64,000 bases of DNA from an uncultured Verrucomicrobiae bacterium. Its GTDB lineage: Bacteria > Verrucomicrobiota > Verrucomicrobiia > Chthoniobacterales > UBA10450. The DNA is taken from NCBI GenBank assembly GCA_963834385.1, contig CAWIBO010000003.1, forward strand, positions 256,001-320,000, read 5' to 3'. Below, piece after piece: positions 46,025 to 55,543 of this stretch (position 1 is its first letter; the number at the start of each line of letters is the position of its first letter). The notes under the pieces were generated by a model. That model saw only the letters and a list, made by a program, of their open reading frames with translations, did no database searches and was not told the origin of the DNA. Made by a program: the position numbers and the translations under genes.

Positions 46025-46522
46025 TTGCAGAAAGAAGCCGCCTCTCCCAGTCCCCAGAATCTCCCGCAGCTCTACCGCTTCTGTTTTCTCATGACGGCGG
46101 ATTTGGGCAAGGCCATGGCTGCGTTCGAGGACACCGTGCGCGAGGCCGCGCTGCTCTCCGCGCAGGGCGAGCCGCCGCGCGACCGGCTCTGGTTTTACCG
46201 GGAAGCGCGCTGGCGCTGTCTCGCCGCGGGCGAACAAGGCCTCCAGCCGGAGGAAACGGAGGTGGAAGAGGCGGAGCTTTCGCCCGACGCGCCGGCGCAA
46301 CTTCGGCGGCTGGACCCGGAACAGCTGGCCATCTGGATTTCCGCCGCGCCCGATCCGCAGCGCAGTGCGCTGGCCCTGTATTATCTCGACGAATTTTCCC
46401 ACCGCGAGCTCCTGGCCCTTCTCGGGATGAAAGTGGGGGACCTTGGCGGCATGCTCGCGCAGGCGCGGCGGCAGTTGCAGGCCTGGCTCGATGCCCACGT
46501 GGAGGTGACCGCCGATGAATAG
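46025..46522 (+). CDS. Divergent ECF-type sigma factor
   Basis: Region-2-like LYRFCFLMT and WFYREAR. Region-4-like QRSALALYYLDEFSHRE...ARRQL. Start approximate. Confidence 0.7.
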   Translation: MQKEAASPSPQNLPQLYRFCFLMTADLGKAMAAFEDTVREAALLSAQGEPPRDRLWFYREARWRCLAAGEQGLQPEETEVEEAELSPDAPAQLRRLDPEQLAIWISAAPDPQRSALALYYLDEFSHRELLALLGMKVGDLGGMLAQARRQLQAWLDAHVEVTADE

Positions 46523-47300
46523 GATCTGGGCCTCCCGCCGCCGCGACGCACTCCTGCAATGCGCGCCGATCAGCGATACCCATCCGCAGGACCGGGCCAT
46601 GCGCGTGGCGGTGCATCGCGGCCGCAAAGGCAAGCGTGATGCGCCAGCCTTCGATTTGCAGACCAAATTCGACCGGGCCGTGGCCGGGGTGGCCAAAACG
46701 ATTCCCATTCCCCCCGAAGCGACCACTCTTTTCGTTAACGAAAAACTCGTCGCCCAGCCGGAGAAACGGTCGGTCTGGCGTTCGGTGCGCAACCCCACCA
46801 TCGTCGCCATTGTCCTTGCCCTCCTCGTCATCGCCGGCATCTCCATCCACACCGTCATGACCCGGTTGGAAGCCTTTCCGGGCTCGGTCACCGCCCGAAA
46901 AATGCTGGCTGTGGCCGCCTCGACCCGCCTGGCGCAGCTCGAGCCGGTCCAGTCGGATGCCGGCGCCCTGAGCGACCTCCTTTTCATGAAACATCGGCTC
47001 GAGCATTATGATGTCGCGCCGGAGTTCGCCGAGCTTCGCACCATCGGCTACCGCGTGTTCGACGATGAAGATGGCCGGCGGGTGGCGCAGATCGGCGTCG
47101 ACGAAAAACGCATGCAGCTCTTTCTTTTTCCCGTCGAACTCTCGAAGGAGGCCACCCCGACCGAGCCGGGTGAATGGCGCTTTGTCGAGCACGAGGCCTG
47201 GATCGGGGCGGTCCAGCAGAACAACGGCGTCATCTTCATGGCCGCGGTGCGGGGAAAGAAAAAGGATCTGCTGCCGTATTTGCCGAAAAAGCCGGATTAG
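46515..47300 (+). CDS. Putative membrane-anchored anti-sigma factor
   Basis: Overlaps the sigma gene. Cytoplasmic N-terminus, single TM helix, extracytoplasmic domain. Confidence 0.6.
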   Translation: MNRIWASRRRDALLQCAPISDTHPQDRAMRVAVHRGRKGKRDAPAFDLQTKFDRAVAGVAKTIPIPPEATTLFVNEKLVAQPEKRSVWRSVRNPTIVAIVLALLVIAGISIHTVMTRLEAFPGSVTARKMLAVAASTRLAQLEPVQSDAGALSDLLFMKHRLEHYDVAPEFAELRTIGYRVFDDEDGRRVAQIGVDEKRMQLFLFPVELSKEATPTEPGEWRFVEHEAWIGAVQQNNGVIFMAAVRGKKKDLLPYLPKKPD

Positions 47301-47322
47301 GCGCGGGCGGAAAGGAAGGAAT

Positions 47323-47397
47323 TGGTGCCAGGGGGGAGAGTTGAACTCCCGACCAAGGGCTTATGAGTCCCCTGCTCTACCACTGAGCTACCCTGGC
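47323..47397 (-). tRNA. tRNA with CAU anticodon (probably Ile2; elongator Met not excluded)
   Basis: GCCAGGGTAGCTCAGTGGTAGAGCAGGGGACTCATAAGCCCTTGGTCGGGAGTTCAACTCTCCCCCCTGGCACCA folds as a cloverleaf. CCA is encoded. G1-C72 is paired, so it is not an initiator. Confidence 0.95.
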
Positions 47398-47450
47398 GCG
47401 GCGAAAATGTTCGACGCCACGGGCGACGCTGTCAACGCGGCCCGGCCCGA

Positions 47451-48581
47451 TCAGCTGACGAAATCCGCCACCGGTTCCATCCCTTCCACGTGCGAGCAGA
47501 GGATCTTGAACGCGGCCAGGATCGGCACCGCCAGGATGATCCCGGCCACGCCCCACATCCAGCCCCAGAAAGCGAGCGAGAGCAGGACGATGATTGGATT
47601 CAGGGTCAACGAACGTCCCAGGACCATGGGGGTGACGACCTGCCCTTCGATCGTGGTCAGGGCAAGATAGACCGCCGGGAAAAGCAGAGCGTATCCGAAG
47701 CTGTCGAAGCTCAGGATCGCCGCCAGGGTCATGCAGATGATCCCGACAAGAGCGCCGACGTAGGGGACGAAGTTAAGGATGGCGACAAGCACGCCCCACA
47801 TGATGGGGTTGGGGAGGCCGAGAAAGTAGACGGCGATGCCGACGGCCAGTCCGAGCGAACAGTTGATCACCGTGATCGTGAGCAGATACCGCGACACCTG
47901 GGACTCGATGTCGCGCGCGATGGAAACCGCGCGCTTCTTGTCCGCCAGCCGCGGCATCAGCCGGAGCAGCTTGGCCAGGAAAACTCCGTCATACGCGAGC
48001 AGGAAATAAAGGAGGATCAGGGTAAAAACGAAACTGACGACGAACTCCGGGCCTTGCACGTAGAGCGTGTTTAGAAGCGACCCCTGCTTGATCTCGACCG
48101 TGGGCGGACGCTTCTGGTCGTCGGGCGCGGTTAGTTTTTCGATCTCGCTGGTGGCCTGGGCCACCTGCGCCATCGGTTTCCTGATGGGAAGAAGCTTCTG
48201 CTGAAGCTGCTGCAAACTGTAAGGGGCTTTCTCCAGCCAGCCCGCCGCCGGGACGGAAAGAACAGAGAAGCCGTAGAAGACGAGGCCGATCATGCCGAGC
48301 AGAAGCATGGCCGCGCCCAGGCCGGTGCCGATGCGCGCCCGGGCCAGCAAACGCACCACCGGGGTCAGCAGGTAGCTGAGAAACCATGCCAGCACGATCG
48401 GGAGCAGGATCGAGCGCATGAAAAAGAGAGTGTAAAAAAGAGCGAGGACGAACAGGCCGCTGAGCGCGAGTGAGCGGATGTCGAACGGTCCGCGCAGCAG
48501 ATCCGGCAGCCGGGTCCGGGGCGTCGCAGTGACGGGAACGGTCTCGACCGCCGGTTCCGGAGGAATTGGGGGGTTCGACAT
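47451..48581 (-). CDS. AI-2E family transporter
   Basis: LNFVPYVG, IEGQVVTPMVLGRSLTLNP, WGWMWG. Confidence 0.92.
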   Translation of the reverse strand: MSNPPIPPEPAVETVPVTATPRTRLPDLLRGPFDIRSLALSGLFVLALFYTLFFMRSILLPIVLAWFLSYLLTPVVRLLARARIGTGLGAAMLLLGMIGLVFYGFSVLSVPAAGWLEKAPYSLQQLQQKLLPIRKPMAQVAQATSEIEKLTAPDDQKRPPTVEIKQGSLLNTLYVQGPEFVVSFVFTLILLYFLLAYDGVFLAKLLRLMPRLADKKRAVSIARDIESQVSRYLLTITVINCSLGLAVGIAVYFLGLPNPIMWGVLVAILNFVPYVGALVGIICMTLAAILSFDSFGYALLFPAVYLALTTIEGQVVTPMVLGRSLTLNPIIVLLSLAFWGWMWGVAGIILAVPILAAFKILCSHVEGMEPVADFVS

Positions 48582-48653
48582 GTAATTGATTCGCGCGCCG
48601 CGGGTTGCTTACGCGTTTCCCTTGTGGCCTTAGCACCGTATTCTTCTCCGGTC

Positions 48654-49116
48654 ATGGCGGAGCAACGATTTTTCGAGGAGATCAGACCGGGCGACCGCTT
48701 TGTCTCGCCCGGTCCACGAAATGACGGACGAGGCCATGCGCGTCTTTGCCCGGGAATACGATCCGCAGGCCTTTCACCTGGATGAGGCGGCCGCGAAAGA
48801 GACGATCTTTCGCGGGCTGACCGCGAGCGGCTGGCATACCGCGGCGGTGGCCATGCGCTTGTTTGTCACCTGCGGCCTGAACCCGGCCGATGGCGCCGTC
48901 GGCCTCGGGGTGGACGAGATGCGCTGGCCGGAGGCGGTTCGCCCGGGCGATCGTCTCCAGGCCGAGATCGAGATTCTGGAAGCCCGCGTTTCCCGCTCCC
49001 GCCCGGGCTTCGGCATCATTCGGCTGCGCAATACCGTGCGCAATCAGCGGGGCGAGGTGGTCCTGACCCTGGTCGCCCATGCGCTGGTGCGCCGGCGTGA
49101 GGGCGGCCCGGCTTAA
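48654..49116 (+). CDS. MaoC-family dehydratase (apparent frameshift at ~48709)
   Basis: MAEQRFFEEIRPGDRF joins YDPQAFHLD and ASGWHT after removing one base. Confidence 0.88.
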
Positions 49117-51305
49117 ACCGCGTTCTGCTCCGCCAACGCTTTGCAGGCGCGCAGGTCCAGCTTGCCCGAAGCCAGCACCGGGATGGCTTCCACCCGCCTG
49201 ACGGCGCGCGGAATCCAGAGATTGGGCAAACCGCACTCGGCCAGTTTCTCGCGCAGGCCCGGGAGGTCCACCTCCCGGGTGCTCAGGAGAAGCAGCGCTT
49301 CGCCCTTGCTCTCGTCCGGTACGCCCATGACAACGAGGGTTCGCTCGGACTCGCCGTCCAGCCCGAGGCATTGCACCGCTTTCTGTTCCACCACTTCATG
49401 CGGCACCATTTCGCCCCCGATCTTCGAGAACCGCGAAAGCCGGCCCTCGATGAAGAGAAAACCATCCTCGTCAAAGCGTCCCAGGTCGCCGGTCATGAAC
49501 CATCCCTCCTTGATCACCTCGGCCGTCCGCACCTCGTCATGGAGATACCCCTCGAAAATGTTCGGCCCGCGCAGCCAGAGCATTCCGGTCTCGTGCAGAC
49601 TTATCCGCACATGCGTTTCCGGGTGCCGGATCTCGGCCGCGAGGCCGGGCGCCATCTTTCCGGTCGACCCCGGCCGATGGGAGGGTTGCACTGCCGGCCC
49701 GGGGGGGTCGGGCAGGTTCACACTTACCACCGGCGCGGTCTCGGTGAGCCCGTATCCTTCCATGATGGGGAGACCAAAGCGCTGGGCAAAGGCGTCGGCC
49801 AGATCGAGCGGCAGCTTTTCCGCGCCGGCAATGACGAGGCGCAGGCTCCGGAGCTGGGCGGGCTCGGCTTTGCGCAGGTAGGCGCGGAGGAACGTGGGCG
49901 TGCCCAGGAGCAGGGTTACCTTGTAGCGTTCGATCAAGGCGGCCAGCTTGGCCGTTTCCAGGGGTGACGGATAGGTGACGATGCGGACGCTGTTGATGAG
50001 CGGATACCAGAGCGTGACCGTGCAGCCAAAGCTGTGGAAGAGGGGAAGCGAGGCGAGAATGAGATCATCTTTTTTCGCATCGAGCATGACCGCGAACTGG
50101 CTGACGTTGCCGAGGAGATTGCGATGGCTCAGGACCACGCCTTTCGGTTTGCCTGAGCTGCCGCTGGTAAAGAGAAGGACCGCTTCGGCCCGGTCGCCAT
50201 ACCTGGGCAACTCGAGGAGCCGGGCCAGCAGGCTTGATGGAAGGAGCAGGCCGAGCAGCCACCACTGAAGGATGGCCCCCTTCATCGGCGGCAGGATTTT
50301 GTCGAGCAGGAGCAGCTCATCAGGCCAGGGAAACTCGGCAAACCGCTGCACGACCGGCTGGGCGGTAATGATGGCGCGGAGACCGGCCTGGGTGATGGCC
50401 GATTCAATGGACTCGCGTCCGCTGGTGAAGTTGAGGTCGACCGGCACCTTCCCGGCGAGAAGGACCGCAAGGTTTGCCACCACGCCTCCTTTGCCCGGCG
50501 GCAGCACCACCCCGATGCGCGGCTCTGGATGTTCGCGTCGGAGTCGGCGGGCGAGGGCGAGGGCAACGCCGAGCAGTTTGCCGTTGCTCAGGCTCGAATG
50601 ATCCATGCCGTCGATGACCGCGGTGCGGAACGGGTGCCGCTTCAGGCCGCGCAGGCAGGCGCGCCCGAGATGGGCGCGCAGCGCGGGCCGCGCGCTGTAG
50701 CAGGTTTCACCCAGCTTCAGCAAGGCCTCGCGCACCGTCGCGATGTCGGCTTCCTCCGCGCTCAGGGGCGCGCCGAAGGCGACGCGGACGGGGTAGGGGA
50801 GCTGGCGCGGGAACTTGCGAAAAAACCGGCCGCCCTGGAAGGAAAAGATGGAACCCCAAAGCTGGTCGAGCCAGACCGGGACCACGCGCGCGCCGGCCTG
50901 CCGGGCGATCAGCTCGTAGCCCCGCTGCAGGCGGAGGAGTGTGCCCGAGCGGGTGAGCTGGCCTTCCGGGAAAAGGCAGACGATTTCTCCCGCTTCGATG
51001 ATTTCCGCCGCGGTGCGCAATCCTTCCTTGGCCCGGCGGGAGGAGATGGGAATGGTGCCGGCCAGTTTCAGGACGCGGCCGACGAGCGGCCGGCGATAAA
51101 ACGATTCATCCACAATAAAGCGAATCCGGCGGGGAGAGGCCAGTTGCAGGACGATGGCGTCGACAAAGGAGATATGGTTCGGCAGGAGAAGGAACCCGCC
51201 GGCGGGGAGCTGTTCGGCGCCGGTCACGCCCACGCGGTAGACGAGGCGGGCCAGGCCGAGACCAAGGAAGTAAAGCAGGCGTTCCGGGAGCGATCGTTTG
51301 CTCAT
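49113..51305 (-). CDS. aas: Lysophospholipid acyltransferase / acyl-ACP synthetase
   Basis: NHISFVD and FPEG acyltransferase motifs. FTSGSSGKPKG, EGYGLTE, TGDLG AMP-binding motifs. No fused MFS domain. Confidence 0.94.
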   Translation of the reverse strand: MSKRSLPERLLYFLGLGLARLVYRVGVTGAEQLPAGGFLLLPNHISFVDAIVLQLASPRRIRFIVDESFYRRPLVGRVLKLAGTIPISSRRAKEGLRTAAEIIEAGEIVCLFPEGQLTRSGTLLRLQRGYELIARQAGARVVPVWLDQLWGSIFSFQGGRFFRKFPRQLPYPVRVAFGAPLSAEEADIATVREALLKLGETCYSARPALRAHLGRACLRGLKRHPFRTAVIDGMDHSSLSNGKLLGVALALARRLRREHPEPRIGVVLPPGKGGVVANLAVLLAGKVPVDLNFTSGRESIESAITQAGLRAIITAQPVVQRFAEFPWPDELLLLDKILPPMKGAILQWWLLGLLLPSSLLARLLELPRYGDRAEAVLLFTSGSSGKPKGVVLSHRNLLGNVSQFAVMLDAKKDDLILASLPLFHSFGCTVTLWYPLINSVRIVTYPSPLETAKLAALIERYKVTLLLGTPTFLRAYLRKAEPAQLRSLRLVIAGAEKLPLDLADAFAQRFGLPIMEGYGLTETAPVVSVNLPDPPGPAVQPSHRPGSTGKMAPGLAAEIRHPETHVRISLHETGMLWLRGPNIFEGYLHDEVRTAEVIKEGWFMTGDLGRFDEDGFLFIEGRLSRFSKIGGEMVPHEVVEQKAVQCLGLDGESERTLVVMGVPDESKGEALLLLSTREVDLPGLREKLAECGLPNLWIPRAVRRVEAIPVLASGKLDLRACKALAEQNAV

Positions 51306-51354
51306 CGTTTAAGGTTTACATTCCGCAGGTTGCCTACTGCAATCGGCATTTCCC

Positions 51355-52602
51355 ATGCGCAGCAACGAAGTTTCAAGGCCGGGCGCCGTGACCGCCCTTG
51401 TTCTTCTGCTCGCGATCAATCTCTCCAACTACATCGATCGCTATGTGCTCTCCGCGGTGGAGCCGAGCATCCGGCAGGCTTTCTTCGCCCCGGGCGACCC
51501 GAACGCGATGGCGCTGACCGGCAGCCTGGCCACCGCCTTCCTGGTCACCTACATGCTGGCCGCCCCCGCCCTGGCCTGGCTGGCCGACCGCTTCTCGCGG
51601 TGGCTGATCATCGGCATCTGCGTTCTGCTCTGGAGCGTGGCCACCGCGGCTTCCGGCTGGGCCCAGACCTTTTTCATGCTCGCGTTCACCCGCGTGCTGG
51701 TCGGCATCGGCGAAGGCGGCTACGGGCCCGCGGCGCCGGCGCTCCTGGCTGATTATTTCCCGATCCGGAGCCGGGGCCGCGTCATGGCGGTGTTCTGCTG
51801 CGCCATTCCGGTCGGGAGCGCGCTCGGTTATGTCCTCGGCGGCCTGGTCGACGCCAGCCTCGGCTGGCGCTGGGCCTTTTATATCGCCGCCTTGCCCGGC
51901 ATCATCCTTGGCCTTCTTTGCCTGACCCGCATTGATACGCGGCAGGGCCTTTCCTCGGTGCGCCGCCGGGCCGGTCGCGAGGATTACGCGATGCTGCGGC
52001 GCAACCGGTCCTACGTCTTCAATTGCGCGGCGCAGACGGCCATGACCTTTGCGCTCGGGGGGCTGGCCTTTTGGATGCCGGCCTATCTGATTTTTCGCGG
52101 GCAATCGCCCGCCCTGGCCACGCCGGTCTTTGGCGGGATCACCGTGGTGGCCGGGCTCACTTCCACGCTTCTTGGCGGCATTCTGGCCGACCGCCTCCAG
52201 CCGCGGATCAATGGCGCCTATTTCTTCGTTTCCGGCGTGGGGATGCTGATCGCCTTTCCTTTTTCGCTCGCCTTCATCTTCGCCCCCTTTCCGCTGGCCT
52301 GGATCTTTCTCTCCCTGGCCGTTTTCTTCGTTTTCCTGAACACCGGACCGTCCAATGCCGCGCTGGCCAACGTCGTCCCCTCCAAGGTCCGCGCGACCGC
52401 TTTTGCGCTGAACATCCTGGTCATTCACGCGCTCGGCGACGCCATTTCGCCGCCGCTGCTTGGCGCCGTGGCCGGCCGGGCCAGCATGAACATCGCCTTC
52501 CTCGTCATCTCGGCCATGATGCTCCTGTCGGGCCTGCTCTGGCTCGCCGGCCTCAAATATCTCAAGGCCGACACTGCGGCCATCGAGGCGGAGGAAGAAT
52601 AA
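51355..52602 (+). CDS. MFS transporter, Spinster-like
   Basis: NLSNYIDRY, RVLVGIGEG, AIPVGSALGY, HALGDAISP are Spinster-family signatures. Confidence 0.88.
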   Translation: MRSNEVSRPGAVTALVLLLAINLSNYIDRYVLSAVEPSIRQAFFAPGDPNAMALTGSLATAFLVTYMLAAPALAWLADRFSRWLIIGICVLLWSVATAASGWAQTFFMLAFTRVLVGIGEGGYGPAAPALLADYFPIRSRGRVMAVFCCAIPVGSALGYVLGGLVDASLGWRWAFYIAALPGIILGLLCLTRIDTRQGLSSVRRRAGREDYAMLRRNRSYVFNCAAQTAMTFALGGLAFWMPAYLIFRGQSPALATPVFGGITVVAGLTSTLLGGILADRLQPRINGAYFFVSGVGMLIAFPFSLAFIFAPFPLAWIFLSLAVFFVFLNTGPSNAALANVVPSKVRATAFALNILVIHALGDAISPPLLGAVAGRASMNIAFLVISAMMLLSGLLWLAGLKYLKADTAAIEAEEE

Positions 52603-52641
52603 AAAAAAACGGCAGGAGCAACTTGCGTCACTCCTGCCGTT
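52601..52641 (-). terminator. Intrinsic terminator between convergent genes
   Basis: Stem AACGGCAGGAG/CTCCTGCCGTT. The A-run at 52601-52609 gives a U-tract on the minus strand. Confidence 0.8.
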
Positions 52642-52663
52642 GTAATTGAACTTCTGTTGGTCG

Positions 52664-53611
52664 TTACGGGGTCGCCGTCGGACTCGAAGAGGGCTTGCTT
52701 TCTCCCTCCTTGGTCGCCGCACCGGTTTTCACACTGGTGTCGGCCGCACCGGCGGCCTTGCCGCTGATCGTTTCGGTGGTTCCCGCCTTGGTTTCCGCTT
52801 CGCTGGCGGTGCTGGCGCTTCCGCCGGCGGAAGTGCCGGTGGATTTTTCACGCACGCTGCCGCTGGCATCCGTGGAGCTTTTCGCCGCGGGGCTCGCGGT
52901 GGCTGAACTGCCGCTGCGGGAGGCAGCCGTCGCTGTCGGGCTGGCTTTTGGGCTGCTCGCCGGGCTGGCTGTCGCCTTGGGCGACGCGGTCGCGGTGGCC
53001 GCAGGCGAGGCCGTGGCGGTCGCGGTCGCTGCCGGAGAAGCCGTGGCCGTGGCCGTCGGAGCCGGTGAACCCGTCGGAGCTGCTGTCGGCGCGGTCTGGC
53101 CGGCCGAGCCGCTGGCGCCGCCGCGGACGTTGGTCGTGTTGGTGTTGATGTTCACCCCGACCCCGAAGGTCGGCTGCACGCCGTAGTAGGAGTAGACCTG
53201 GCTGAAGTAAGCCGGCTGGCTGTAGCGCTCGATATTATTGTAGTCGAACGCGGGAGCGTTGTAGATGCGTTCCCGCTCAACCCGGGCCGTGTAATACTCC
53301 TGGTTCGGCGCGGCACTGTAGACCGACCAAGGCACCGCCACTGTTTTGGCGGAACCGGTCGCGCGGCCCACCGTGCCACCGGTGGAAAGGACGGTGTAAG
53401 CCATGCAGCCGGTTTCACGATCAAGGACAATGTCCTTGATCACGCCGACTTCCTGGCCATCCGAGGAGCGGACCTTCATGCCGATGACCTTGCTGCTCTG
53501 GATGTAACCATCCGTGGTTGTTGTCTGGGTGGTGGTCGTTCGCGTCTGTGCCTCTGCCGAAACAGACGCGAGCACGGCCACCATGATTGTTGCTGCCAAT
53601 GTGTTTTTCAT
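52664..53611 (-). CDS. Secreted PRC-barrel protein with Thr/Ala/Ser/Pro-rich repeat tail
   Basis: Signal peptide, PRC barrel SKVIGMKV...GVIKDIVLD...AVPW, then (T)ATASP repeats. Confidence 0.88.
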   Translation of the reverse strand: MKNTLAATIMVAVLASVSAEAQTRTTTTQTTTTDGYIQSSKVIGMKVRSSDGQEVGVIKDIVLDRETGCMAYTVLSTGGTVGRATGSAKTVAVPWSVYSAAPNQEYYTARVERERIYNAPAFDYNNIERYSQPAYFSQVYSYYGVQPTFGVGVNINTNTTNVRGGASGSAGQTAPTAAPTGSPAPTATATASPAATATATASPAATATASPKATASPASSPKASPTATAASRSGSSATASPAAKSSTDASGSVREKSTGTSAGGSASTASEAETKAGTTETISGKAAGAADTSVKTGAATKEGESKPSSSPTATP

Positions 53612-53711
53612 GGTTTTGGATGGACGGCGCGTTGGTGTGGGTTATTCAGCGCCATCATCTGAAACTCGCCTTTGCAGGCGGTTCTGGATGCCTCTTCCGC
53701 CGCCCGATTTT

Positions 53712-55496
53712 CTACGGCCGCGCCAGGTGCACGTCGTAGCGCCGGGCTTGGGCCAGCGCCTCGTCGGCCTCGGCCGTTTTTCCCGCGGCCTGCAGATATT
53801 TTCCGAGCAGGACCCATGTTTCCGCCCGGTACCATTCGGTTTGCAGCACCTTCCTCAGTTCCCTGATGGCGGCCTCAAGGGCGCCGCCCTCGGCCAGAAC
53901 CTCGACGTAGCGTTTCTCGATGGCCCAGCTCGGCGCCCCCGTCCGCGTGGCCAGGTGCAGGCGCCGGAGATCGACCTCACCATTCTCCTGGTGCTCGATC
54001 ACGGCCAGAAGCTCGTGCCCCTGCGCTTCCACCAACGGGAGCGTGAGCGCCTTCTCCGCCAGTTCGCGCGCCCGGGCGAATTCCTTTTTCTTCAGGGCCA
54101 GGGCGGCGAGGTTGATCACGGCCAGCGGCTGATCAGGCTGCCGCCGCAGCGCCTCGTTCAGGCTCTTTTCCGCCTCGGCCAGTTTGCCCTGCTTGAGTTG
54201 AAAGCCGCCAAGATTGATCAGCATCCGGGGTGTGCCGCCTCCGTGCGCGATCGTCCGCTCGAGAAACTGCTCCTGGTCGCGCCAGTCTTCCGCGCGCAAA
54301 AAGGTGCGGCCGCCCAGGAAAAGACCCCAGGCGAGAAGGAGAAGGGAGAAAATGGTCGCGCGCACCGGGCGGGCGCGATCGAGCAGGGGAGAAAGTTGCA
54401 GAATCGCCGCGGCCAGGAAAAAAACCGCGGGCACGTAGAGCCAGTGTTCCGCCACGGTGGCATTCAGGGAATAAAGACCGCTGACGGGAAGATAGGCGAC
54501 AAGACCGAGGACAAGGCAGGCGAAAACTTCCGGGTGCCGCCGCCGGGTCCGCCAGAGCCACCATGCCAGCAGTCCCACGATGATGAAGCCGGCCAGGGTT
54601 TGCAGCTCGCGCCACGACGCCATCGTGACGCTGTCATTGCTGAACCCCCAGGGTCGCGTTTCCACATCGCGTTCCATGTGCAGGCGCAGGGGAAAAATGA
54701 GGAGGCCGGCATACTCGGCCACCGCGCGCGCCATCACCACCGGGCGGACCAGCGCCGGCATCGGATCTTTCACGGGCGGCGGAGGCACCTGCTGAGCGGC
54801 CAGGCGGAGGGAAAAATGGGCGCTGACCACGACCAAAGCCACGAGGGCGAAGGCGGGCAGGGCGCGCCATTTTCGCGCGAGGAGGGCGGCCGCGGGCCAA
54901 AGCGCAAGGAAGATGAATCCGTTCTCCTTGCTCAGCGAACTGAGGGTAAAACAAACGGCGGCTCCGGCGAGGAAAGGAGTGCGCCCGCGCGGTTGCCGCA
55001 GGCTGCGCAGCCCCAGATAAAAACCGGTGAAACCGAAAAGAGCGGCCAGCGGATCGGCCCGGCCGGCGACGTACTGGACGGCCGCGGAATGAACCGGATG
55101 AATCCCCCAAAGAAGCATGACCGCCAGCCCGATCTGCCAGCTGCGGGTCCGGGCGAGGCCGAAGAGACGGCAAAGCTCGCGCAGGGCCAGGAAGACCGAC
55201 CCGGCGGCGAGCAGATGATAAAGAATGCTGCTCAGGTGATAGCCCGCGGGGCGAAAGGCAAAGAGGGCATAATCGAGCGTGTAGCTCAGGCGCTGGATCG
55301 GCCGGTAGAAATTCGAGGCCGTCGCATCGACAAAAAGGAAATGGTTGAACGCCTCCGGCACCAGCCGCCAGCTCCGGATCAGTGGATCCCGCAGCACCAG
55401 CGCCTGGTCATCCCAGACGAAGCCATTGCGCAACGCCGGCAGATGGCAAAGAAAGATGGCCGCGAAGGCCGTCAGCAGGAAGAGGGTTCTTTTCAA
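53712..55496 (-). CDS. TMTC-like GT-C glycosyltransferase with C-terminal TPRs
   Basis: FVWDD, YRP, IHPVHSAAV, GRAD, SKE, AEHWLYVP, then TPRs. Confidence 0.85.
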   Translation of the reverse strand: MKRTLFLLTAFAAIFLCHLPALRNGFVWDDQALVLRDPLIRSWRLVPEAFNHFLFVDATASNFYRPIQRLSYTLDYALFAFRPAGYHLSSILYHLLAAGSVFLALRELCRLFGLARTRSWQIGLAVMLLWGIHPVHSAAVQYVAGRADPLAALFGFTGFYLGLRSLRQPRGRTPFLAGAAVCFTLSSLSKENGFIFLALWPAAALLARKWRALPAFALVALVVVSAHFSLRLAAQQVPPPPVKDPMPALVRPVVMARAVAEYAGLLIFPLRLHMERDVETRPWGFSNDSVTMASWRELQTLAGFIIVGLLAWWLWRTRRRHPEVFACLVLGLVAYLPVSGLYSLNATVAEHWLYVPAVFFLAAAILQLSPLLDRARPVRATIFSLLLLAWGLFLGGRTFLRAEDWRDQEQFLERTIAHGGGTPRMLINLGGFQLKQGKLAEAEKSLNEALRRQPDQPLAVINLAALALKKKEFARARELAEKALTLPLVEAQGHELLAVIEHQENGEVDLRRLHLATRTGAPSWAIEKRYVEVLAEGGALEAAIRELRKVLQTEWYRAETWVLLGKYLQAAGKTAEADEALAQARRYDVHLARP

Positions 55497-55543
55497 TTTC
55501 GAGTTCTGTTGGACAGGCGGGACAACCTGCGCGTCTTAATGTG

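Noticed and set aside
47300..47450. tRNA as an integration site of a genomic island
   Set aside because: No integrase, duplicated tRNA 3' end or compositional shift nearby.
52900..53100. Tandem DNA repeats as a CRISPR or VNTR array
   Set aside because: They are degenerate coding repeats of the TATASP peptide.
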